Assembly: GCA_965224465.1 (NCBI GenBank) | Contig: OZ245049.1 | Span: 4,710,001 to 4,742,000 of the forward strand | From: Flavobacteriaceae bacterium | Lineage (GTDB): Bacteria > Bacteroidota > Bacteroidia > Flavobacteriales > Flavobacteriaceae | Length of the DNA: 32,000 bases | Direction of reading: 5' to 3' | Shown: one piece after another, positions 18,221 through 25,630 of the stretch | Layout of the letters: every line of letters begins with the position of its first letter | Position numbering within the stretch: the first letter of the stretch is position 1 | Translations under genes and position numbers: made by a program | The notes under the pieces: model-generated | The model's input: the letters and a program-made list of their open reading frames with translations, nothing else | Told to the model about the DNA's origin: nothing | The model's database searches: none

Positions 18221-19047
18221 ATTTAGAATACCAACATGCACAAAAATTTAAGAGTAAATACTTGCGGCCTTTGCCTTTTGTAATTCGTACAGATTCACTT
18301 CAAATTGATATTAAAACCAAACAGAATAAAAAATTATACCCTGTTTTTAATAACAATTGTATCAAAGAATATTTAGCATCGAATAAGGCGCCTGCAAAAA
18401 TGGATATTTATATGCATATAGGGATTTGTTCTTTTTTTTGGATACTATTACCTGTTTTATCTTGTATAAGAAACGGAGAATTATTGAGTTTTAGTATTTA
18501 TTTGATCTTCTTTTTTTTAGGCTTGCCTTTTCCTTTTATGGCTTACAGGTCTTTTAAACAGTATAACATAGCTCCTGAGCAAACTTATGTTACTTTTGAT
18601 CGGCTTAATAGCTTATTAATAATGCCTACATCAGATGAACAAAGTTATTTTACCATACCTTTTTCTCATTTAATCGCGGGAGAGGTTGTAACAGGAACCA
18701 AACATACTTATGGAGGTAAGTCTTTAGCTTTTATAAATGATACCAAACCTGTAATGTTCCGACCATGGAGACCAAAGGATCATATAAGTTTGCACCATGC
18801 AGCGACTACCCCAAAAGAGATATGGTCATATTACGTTTGGTATATGGATAAAAACCGTCCCTTACCTGAGTGTGAAGCTTTTGATAAGTTTAGAGAAAAA
18901 GATTTTGAGCGTCGTAAATCAGCAGGGTTTCCGCCTCCGTTATTTAAGAGTAGGGTTCCAACCCTAGAGGCAAGCCTGGAGCAACAATTACTACGTGAAA
19001 CTTTTTGGAAAGACCAAAAGAGAAATAGAGTGCTGTTTTTAAGTTGA
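18211..19047 (+). CDS. Hypothetical membrane protein
   Basis: 278 aa. Two adjacent hydrophobic helices (IYMHIGICSFFWILLPVLSCI; FSIYLIFFFLGLPFPFMAY). No family recognised. Confidence 0.55.
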   Translation: MEIDLEYQHAQKFKSKYLRPLPFVIRTDSLQIDIKTKQNKKLYPVFNNNCIKEYLASNKAPAKMDIYMHIGICSFFWILLPVLSCIRNGELLSFSIYLIFFFLGLPFPFMAYRSFKQYNIAPEQTYVTFDRLNSLLIMPTSDEQSYFTIPFSHLIAGEVVTGTKHTYGGKSLAFINDTKPVMFRPWRPKDHISLHHAATTPKEIWSYYVWYMDKNRPLPECEAFDKFREKDFERRKSAGFPPPLFKSRVPTLEASLEQQLLRETFWKDQKRNRVLFLS

Positions 19048-19097
19048 ATTCTAACAACTAAAAATCCTGTTAGCACAAATCTACAAGCAATGTATTC

Positions 19098-19118
19098 GCG
19101 CGGATTTTAAATCCGCGC
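19098..19118. other. GC-rich perfect palindrome (possible terminator or recombination/protein-binding site)
   Basis: gcgcggattt t aaatccgcgc: 10-bp arms in an otherwise AT-rich region, 50 nt after the stop at 19047. No T-run follows. Confidence 0.5.
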
Positions 19119-19608
19119 CAGTAACTGTGTGTCTGCTAGGAATGTTTCACGGAAAGGTTTACGGAAAAAGGTGATTTAGGTATCATTAGAAAATACATTA
19201 GATGTTTGTGAGTTTTTAAGTAATGAAAAAAAAGATGGAAAAGAAGAACAATATTTTACAAATATTATAGCAGGCACAAAATTAAAAACAAGCCTATTTT
19301 ACAAAGTAGATATTAAAGCAAACTTAAATACCCCTATAAAAGTACTTAAAATTGAAGGAGATTATGCACAAATAAAAGTAACATCTATTACTGCAACCTT
19401 AGTTAGAGATACAGATATTAATGATAACGTAAAACCATTTAATAGCAATAAACTTTATACTATCAAAAATCTTACTACGGTTAATAAAGCATTTAATGGT
19501 CTTGCAACTAAAGATGCCACATTCAATACAAAACAAGTAAAAGCACCAAGAAATTGGAGAACAAATTTAAACAGAACTGTTACCTTTTACCCAAATGGCT
19601 ATGGTAAA

Positions 19609-21954
19609 GTGTTTTGGGTAGAAAAAACATTTATTTCCAAAATAACAGAAAAAATAAAAAAAGAAGCAGGTATAATTACCTCAATTATTCCTGACTATTT
19701 TTTAACAGAAGAACAAAAATACGAAACAGTTGAAAGAGAAGCCAAAACAGGAGAAAAAACTACATTATATGTAGATGTATGTAAGGCATATATCGAAGTC
19801 CCTTTTAGAACCGATGTAGAAGAAGTAACTGTAGAAAAAGAAAAAGTAGTTGACTTACGTAAATTTAAAAAAGTAAAAGACGATAAAAAAGACCTTTGGT
19901 ATAAAGTAGTATTAGATGATACAACTAGTAGCCAATGTGTAGCAGTAAAAGGCTGGGTAAAAGAAAAGGATCTTGACAAATTTAGCGCTTACGATTGGCA
20001 AAAATTTGGTTTTAAAGATCTAGACGCAGGTAATGAATACATATACTCTGTAAAAGACTTACGTGAGGCAACAGATAGTGCCGATTTTGTAACCGAAATT
20101 TGGGATAAAACAATAGATACAGATGGCAATAAAGTATTAGATATACTAGAGCTTATTAGAGCGTTTAGTAAACCAGAAATAGCACAAAAACTATCTCGTT
20201 TGGTATGTAAGCACAAAAATGAATGGTCTTATACTATGGACGAAATAAAACCAGAAGTAAAAGAACTCTATGATTTTGGTATACAATTAGAAGAAGTTAC
20301 AGCCGAAAAACAAAAACTAGAAACCGAAAGGGATGATAGTTTAGCCAAAATGGAAACCAAAATAGAAAATTTAATGTGGTGGGATGAGGCAAGTAAAAAA
20401 CCCTACACAGCACCCATAAAAGAAGAAGATAAAACAAAAACGAGTAGCACCAAAAGACCTTCTATGTTGCCAGAAGGTACAGTGGTAGAAGAAATACCAC
20501 AAAAAGATGTTGTACCTTTAGACAATAAAACAACAGCAGCTAAACCAGATGCTAAACCAACGAAAGATAGTATACCAACGACAAGTACAACCGCTGCTCC
20601 AGCACCAGAAACTAAAGTAGAAGAAAAAGAAGTGCCGCCAAAACGTATGTTTCCAAGTACCAATATAGTACATCACTTTCATCCAATTGCTTTTATTAGG
20701 CAAATGATGTTGTTGCAGGATAATAGTACTGATGAGTGTCCAGAACTTGTATGGGGTAAAAAAGTTTCTTGTGAATTTAGAAAACGAGTAATCCAAATAA
20801 GTAAACGTTTAGAATGTGACCCTAATCACTTAATGACAGCAATGGCATTGGAAACTGGTGGTAAATTTGATTCAGCAATTAAAAATTCAAAAGGTTATGT
20901 TGGTTTAATCCAATTTGGTGATGATGCAGTAAAAGATATAAATAAAAACTTTTTTCTTTATAGAGTAAAAATTACAAAGAGTTATTTACAAAAACTCACA
21001 GCTGAAGACCAATTGCTTTACGTGGAATATTTTTTACATCGACAAAAAGGAAAATTAAAAACTTTAGCAGATTTTTATCTAGCTGTATTAATGCCTATCG
21101 ATGTTGGTAAAGGGAATCAAAAAGATTATGTTGTCTTTGATAGTTCATTAGCACTAAATTATAAACCTAATGGTAAAGTAAAAAAAGATGTTACTTGGAT
21201 TAGAAAAAAAGGGTATAAAGCTAATCCGACTTTCCATAGAGAGGGAGATGAATACAAAAAAAACAGTAAAGGAGTTGTTTACGAGCGTCATGGGGAAGAA
21301 GGAGGTAAAACGTATGTTTGGGAAATAGCTGAAGCCATACAAGAATGGTATGATAAGGGAGTTACTGAAACTAATAATTCTAACACTTGCACTTGTAATA
21401 AAGATTGTTCTTGTGGTAAAGATTGTGTTGATTTGACCAATAAGGTCGTCTGGATAACACAGTACAATAAAAGTGAAATTAAAAACGGTATAATGAATAC
21501 TGGAGGGTGTTGGAGAACATCACAAAAACTGTTGATAAGTTCTGGTTTGGGTAAAACTTCTGGTTATCCAAAAGGTATGATTACTACAGCAAAAGAAAAT
21601 GACACTCATACTTCTATTGCTGTCACAACTGATGCAAAAGCAGGTGTAGAGTATATAAATACAGAATTAGAAAAAGGTAACCCTATATTAGTTGGTTTAA
21701 ATCATACGCTTAATTATAGGTTTAAAGGGGAAGTGATAAACGAAGGTACTACAGATCATTACGTTGTAATTGTTGGTAGAGGTTGTAAAGACAATAAACA
21801 GTATTATAGGTTTTATGAAGTAGGTACTAGTTACCCTGAAAAAGGTCAGCACTTAAATAATAAGTTATTTTTGGAAAGTAATTTTTCATTAAAAGGGAAT
21901 CCTGCAAGTAATACAAGTAAAGAATATTTTGTAAGCCAAGTAAGAAAAAATTAA
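19609..21954 (+). CDS. Toxin module 1: long N-terminal scaffold plus lytic-transglycosylase-like plus papain-fold Cys peptidase/amidase-like domains
   Basis: Frame open from 19180 but with no ATG/GTG/TTG before the GTG at 19609. N-terminal region: SH3-like pattern (KVLKIEGDYAQIKV; WYKVVLDD...VAVKGWVKEKDL), EF-hand loop DTDGNKVLDILE, coiled coil, Pro/Thr/Lys linker, junction RMFPSTNIVHHFHPIAF. Then AMALETGGKFD...GYVGLIQFG (GH23-like E...GLxQ signature), a Cys-rich linker CTCNKDCSCGKDC, then GGCWRTSQ ... TTDHYVVIVGRG (Cys/His peptidase-like). Confidence 0.75.
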   Translation: MFWVEKTFISKITEKIKKEAGIITSIIPDYFLTEEQKYETVEREAKTGEKTTLYVDVCKAYIEVPFRTDVEEVTVEKEKVVDLRKFKKVKDDKKDLWYKVVLDDTTSSQCVAVKGWVKEKDLDKFSAYDWQKFGFKDLDAGNEYIYSVKDLREATDSADFVTEIWDKTIDTDGNKVLDILELIRAFSKPEIAQKLSRLVCKHKNEWSYTMDEIKPEVKELYDFGIQLEEVTAEKQKLETERDDSLAKMETKIENLMWWDEASKKPYTAPIKEEDKTKTSSTKRPSMLPEGTVVEEIPQKDVVPLDNKTTAAKPDAKPTKDSIPTTSTTAAPAPETKVEEKEVPPKRMFPSTNIVHHFHPIAFIRQMMLLQDNSTDECPELVWGKKVSCEFRKRVIQISKRLECDPNHLMTAMALETGGKFDSAIKNSKGYVGLIQFGDDAVKDINKNFFLYRVKITKSYLQKLTAEDQLLYVEYFLHRQKGKLKTLADFYLAVLMPIDVGKGNQKDYVVFDSSLALNYKPNGKVKKDVTWIRKKGYKANPTFHREGDEYKKNSKGVVYERHGEEGGKTYVWEIAEAIQEWYDKGVTETNNSNTCTCNKDCSCGKDCVDLTNKVVWITQYNKSEIKNGIMNTGGCWRTSQKLLISSGLGKTSGYPKGMITTAKENDTHTSIAVTTDAKAGVEYINTELEKGNPILVGLNHTLNYRFKGEVINEGTTDHYVVIVGRGCKDNKQYYRFYEVGTSYPEKGQHLNNKLFLESNFSLKGNPASNTSKEYFVSQVRKN
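20603..20692 (+). repeat. Cassette junction repeat, copy 1
   Basis: 90 nt with only 4 mismatches to 22853-22942 (hand alignment, constant offset 2250 nt). Flanks diverge on both sides. Confidence 0.9.
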
Positions 21955-21959
21955 AAGGA

Positions 21960-22772
21960 ATGAAAAAAATATTAATTTTATTATTTATAAGTTTTATTTT
22001 AGTTTCTTGTTTCAAAACTAAGAAATCAAATAATACAAAAGAATTAAAAAAGGAAGTAAATAAAGAGTTAAATAAACCAAACTTAAAAAAGGAATATTTT
22101 TCTAATATTAAAGATTTTAAGGAGTTTATAAACAAAAAATGGGTAAATACAGAAATTGAAACACCTTGTGACCCTGAAAATAGAAGTATAGAGATAAACG
22201 GTGATTATCTTATTGATGAAACAGGAATGGAAGCCTTTAAATGTGAAATACTAAATATAAAAAAAATAAATTCATCTACTTTTGAATTTGAAATTATACA
22301 TGATTGCTCGTATGGAGATACTTTTAAGGTAGAAATTCTTGATTATAATAATAGATTGGTTAAATGGTCTTTTTACAACGGTATATATTATGAAGCTAGA
22401 CCTAATGATTTAGTTTGCAAAGAATATGAAGATTTACAAATTTATAAAAAACCAAAAGATGTGAAAACTCCCTTAAAATGGATAGGTAAATATTATTTTG
22501 AAGAAGAAGGAATAGGTCATACAATTATAATATCGAAAAAAGAAATGATTTATGAGTCTGTTGGGATTAGGTATTATCATAAATATAAATTAAGTGCAAA
22601 TCAAGTGAAAGATACACTAGCTTTGTATTATCATAAAGGATTGTCAGGAAATGAAGATGCATTAGAAAAATATTTACCACTGATAAGAATGTATAAAAAT
22701 AATGAACATATTTATATTAAATCAGTTTTAACTAAAACCTCATATGCACCTGTGTTAATAGAGAAATACTGA
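21960..22772 (+). CDS. Lipoprotein, immunity candidate 1
   Basis: 270 aa. MKKILILLFISFILVSCFKT lipobox. Starts 5 nt after the stop of toxin module 1. Confidence 0.7.
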   Translation: MKKILILLFISFILVSCFKTKKSNNTKELKKEVNKELNKPNLKKEYFSNIKDFKEFINKKWVNTEIETPCDPENRSIEINGDYLIDETGMEAFKCEILNIKKINSSTFEFEIIHDCSYGDTFKVEILDYNNRLVKWSFYNGIYYEARPNDLVCKEYEDLQIYKKPKDVKTPLKWIGKYYFEEEGIGHTIIISKKEMIYESVGIRYYHKYKLSANQVKDTLALYYHKGLSGNEDALEKYLPLIRMYKNNEHIYIKSVLTKTSYAPVLIEKY

Positions 22773-22852
22773 ATATAGTATATGGAAAAGTTGTAGTAAA
22801 ACAACAGTAGTTAAACCAACGGAAGATAGTACTCCAACAAAAGCACCTGCAA

Positions 22853-22958
22853 CACCAGAAACTAAAGTAGAAGAAAAAGAAGTGCCACCAGAACGTATGT
22901 TTCCAAGTACAGATATAGTACATCACTTTCATCCAATTGCTTGGGTGGAGCAGATGAG
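22853..22958 (+). repeat. Cassette junction repeat, copy 2
   Basis: 22853-22942 matches copy 1 (86/90). 22879-22958 matches copy 3 at 27550-27629 (76/80). Confidence 0.9.
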
Positions 22959-24180
22959 GTTGTTGGAAAAACAAACTGGTGAATGCTATTGTAATAGAGA
23001 TTTTGAAGCTGACGACCTTAAAGCAATGGTAAAAAGAATTAGAGATAATACTTTCTATAAAGGTAAGTCTATTACTAAATTTCATCAAGAAAGATTATTT
23101 CATGGTCGCGGAGGTGTGCCTGAATCAGATCAAAACTTTGAGAAGTTTAAAAATGTACTAAATAAATCGTTTACTAAATACGGTATAACAAATTGTATTC
23201 ATAAAATACATTTTTTAGCCAATATGTATGTAGAGACAATGTACTTTACAGCCACCGAGGAATTACCAGATCCTACTAAAAAAAGATATAATGAATACAA
23301 ACCCTATGTTGGTCGTGGTTTTATGCATTTAACTTGGGATTATCATTACAAAGAATATTCTGAAATATCAGGGAATACAGATGTTAAATCAGGGACTAAC
23401 TATAAAAAAGTAGCAAGTGATTTAGAATTGGCAGCTGACACAGCAGGTTGGTTTTGGGAAAAAAGCAAACTGAATTCTTTATCAGAAACAGATGATATTT
23501 TAAAAACCACAAAAAAAATTAATGGTAGCACTCATGGATATGAAGACCGTAGAATTGCTTGGATTAAACTTAAAGAAATATTTAATTACCCTCATGGTTG
23601 TAGTACCGATAGTAGCAAACACGAAGCACCTGTATATGGTGAAGGTGTTTTAGAAGAAATGCGTGAATGGGCAGATAAGCATGTGCAGTATAAAAAAGAA
23701 CTTGGAAGTAAATATAGAACAGCTGTTACGGAAGAAGCTTTAGGTCGATTAGATTGTTCTGAATTCGTATGCCGTTATCTCCATAAACTGGGTGTAACAA
23801 GTACAATTAAATCTATTGGAACTCAATTTATGACTACTCAAGCAAAATTTAGAACTAGTTTAGGTAATGATAATATTGAGTATATTTTAGGAAGTGAAAA
23901 GTCAGATTTTATTCCTCAAGCAGGTGATGTTTTTGTTTGGCGAACAACTGGAGGTGGACATACAGGTATTGTACATAGCGTAGATGGAGATAAAGTAACA
24001 ATATTAGAATCTATTGGACATAACGGCTCATCAGATGAAAAGTTCAATAATAATAATGGAGGGTATGAAGGTAAAAACTCCACACGTACCTCAGTTTATG
24101 ATCGTACAGGAGGTGCTCTATCAGGACACGCAGGGTGGAAAGGCTATTTCAGACCTAAAAATTACACTAAAAAAATATAA
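22882..24180 (+). CDS. Toxin module 2 (orphan-type): junction plus GH19-like glycosidase plus NlpC/P60-like peptidase
   Basis: Frame open from 22762. It retains about 45 codons homologous to the module 1 linker, and has the track GTG at 22882 and a conserved ATG at 22897. IHFLANMYVETMYF and YVGRGFMHLTWDYHYKEY (GH19 signatures), then LDCSEFVCRYL and GGGHTGIVHSV (NlpC/P60 Cys and His). Confidence 0.8.
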   Translation: MPPERMFPSTDIVHHFHPIAWVEQMRLLEKQTGECYCNRDFEADDLKAMVKRIRDNTFYKGKSITKFHQERLFHGRGGVPESDQNFEKFKNVLNKSFTKYGITNCIHKIHFLANMYVETMYFTATEELPDPTKKRYNEYKPYVGRGFMHLTWDYHYKEYSEISGNTDVKSGTNYKKVASDLELAADTAGWFWEKSKLNSLSETDDILKTTKKINGSTHGYEDRRIAWIKLKEIFNYPHGCSTDSSKHEAPVYGEGVLEEMREWADKHVQYKKELGSKYRTAVTEEALGRLDCSEFVCRYLHKLGVTSTIKSIGTQFMTTQAKFRTSLGNDNIEYILGSEKSDFIPQAGDVFVWRTTGGGHTGIVHSVDGDKVTILESIGHNGSSDEKFNNNNGGYEGKNSTRTSVYDRTGGALSGHAGWKGYFRPKNYTKKI

Positions 24181-24181
24181 A

Positions 24182-24883
24182 ATGAAATATTTAATAATAC
24201 TGGTATCTATTATTTTATTTACTAACTGTAAAGGGCAAACCGAAACGAAATCAAAAGCTATAACTACAAACGTTGAGTATTTATCTGAGCAAGAATTAGA
24301 ACCCAAGTCAAAAGAAGAACTTCGTTTGATTAGAAATGAGATGTTTGCAAGAAAGGGATATATCTTTAAAGGAAAAGACTTGCAAAATTATTTTTCAAAA
24401 CAAAAATGGTATGAGCCAAACTCTAACATTTCAATTTCTTTTACAGATGAAGAACAATTATATATTGATAAAATTAAAAGCTTAGAAAACGGAAAAAGTG
24501 ATATAACTCCAAAAAAAATAAATTGCATTGATTTTTACCATAAAGAAATTGAAAAAATATATCCTTTAACTGGAGAAAAGATTAGGAATGATCAATTACC
24601 AGATAAATTGATTGATATTGAATTACCTCACAAAGGTTTTACGGATAATATAATGGACGTTTTATCTGACGGATCAATTTTTAAATTGGACTGTAATGAG
24701 AATTCAAAATATAAACTAATTATAACTTATTATCCTGATCAAGATTTGCATGTTTACTTAATTATTAGTGACCAACAACAAATCAAAAAATTATATGGAA
24801 CTTATGTTCATGATTTTAAAAATGTAGATAAATATAATTTCATATTGGATCAGTATCCGTCCGACCATCCCCATATTTTTTAG
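24182..24883 (+). CDS. YARHG-domain lipoprotein, immunity candidate 2; 3' end replaced by IS66 insertion
   Basis: True start is likely the ATG at 24182 (MKYLIILVSIILFTNCKGQ), 1 nt after the toxin stop. LRLIRNEMFARKGYIFKGKDLQNYFSKQKWYEP is the YARHG motif. The last 10 codons (YPSDHPHIF, with the Q codon spanning the boundary) are read from the IS66 left end. Confidence 0.75.
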   Translation: MKYLIILVSIILFTNCKGQTETKSKAITTNVEYLSEQELEPKSKEELRLIRNEMFARKGYIFKGKDLQNYFSKQKWYEPNSNISISFTDEEQLYIDKIKSLENGKSDITPKKINCIDFYHKEIEKIYPLTGEKIRNDQLPDKLIDIELPHKGFTDNIMDVLSDGSIFKLDCNENSKYKLIITYYPDQDLHVYLIISDQQQIKKLYGTYVHDFKNVDKYNFILDQYPSDHPHIF

Positions 24884-24910
24884 TGGAAAAATAGCTTCTA
24901 TTTTTGACGC

Positions 24911-25219
24911 ATGAGAAAAAACGAAGAAAAACGAGCCTATATGACAGCTGTTGTTTCCGATTGGAAGTTGAGTGATTTAACCTTGGAAGATTATTGTAAA
25001 AGTCATAAAATTACACTTTGTAAATTTAGGTACTGGAATAAGAAATTGACCTCCAAAAATGCCAGTGGATTTTCAAAGGTTGAACTTATTGATGCTCCTA
25101 TTGAAAACAGCAGAAATTCTATTTTAGATAGTTTTAAAATCGAGTATCCAACAGGTGTAAATTTGGTCATTAACAAAGAGATTACACTTATCGATTTACA
25201 AAATTTAATTCATTTGTAA
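24911..25219 (+). CDS. IS66-family accessory protein (orf1/TnpA-like)
   Basis: 102-aa first ORF of the three-gene IS66 layout. Its stop is 1 nt before the next ATG. Confidence 0.7.
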   Translation: MRKNEEKRAYMTAVVSDWKLSDLTLEDYCKSHKITLCKFRYWNKKLTSKNASGFSKVELIDAPIENSRNSILDSFKIEYPTGVNLVINKEITLIDLQNLIHL

Positions 25220-25220
25220 T

Positions 25221-25562
25221 ATGCTAAATCTTTCAAGTGAACTTGATTTTCATCTGTACCTAGAACCCACAGATATGCGTAAAGGATTTAATGGTTTGTC
25301 AGGTGTTATCCGTAATAATTTAGAAGAGGATCCTAGTAATGGAGCTGTTTTTATCTTCATAAATAAACCTCGAAACAAAATAAAACTATTGCATTGGCAA
25401 GCAGGTGGATTTGTACTGTATTATAAACGATTGGAACGAGGTACTTTTGAACTTCCGGTGTATGATAATCTGAAAGGAAGTATACAAATGAAATACAGCC
25501 AAATGGTGATGCTTCTTGATGGACTGTCTATAAAAAACATCCAACAAAGGAAACGTTATTAA
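25221..25562 (+). CDS. tnpB: IS66 Orf2-like protein (TnpB)
   Basis: 113 aa. PTDMRKGFNGLSGVI and KIKLLHWQAGGFVLYYKRLERGTFELP are typical IS66 orf2 motifs. Confidence 0.9.
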   Translation: MLNLSSELDFHLYLEPTDMRKGFNGLSGVIRNNLEEDPSNGAVFIFINKPRNKIKLLHWQAGGFVLYYKRLERGTFELPVYDNLKGSIQMKYSQMVMLLDGLSIKNIQQRKRY

Positions 25563-25630
25563 TGTCTTTTTACAGGTAAAAAACCTAATAAAACCAGGCT
25601 GTTCATGTATATTTTTCGTATATTTAATGT

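Noticed and set aside
18831-19076. 81-aa minus-strand ORF overlapping the end of the 278-aa ORF
   Set aside because: It is antisense to a longer ORF, with no supporting signal.
19695-23088. Minus-strand ORFs within modules 1 and 2 (19695.., 19989.., 20403.., 20518..20796, 21154.., 21827..22135, 22732..23088). Two of them share the peptide ..SNWMKVMYYI.TWKHTFW.HFFFFYFSFWC
   Set aside because: The shared peptide is simply the reverse-strand reading of the conserved junction repeat. All of these ORFs are antisense to motif-supported toxin or immunity genes.
24014-24181. N-terminal 56 codons of track ORF 24014..24883
   Set aside because: They overlap the 3' end of the toxin in another frame. 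The lipoprotein signal peptide begins at the ATG at 24182, 1 nt after the toxin stop, which is the more sensible start.
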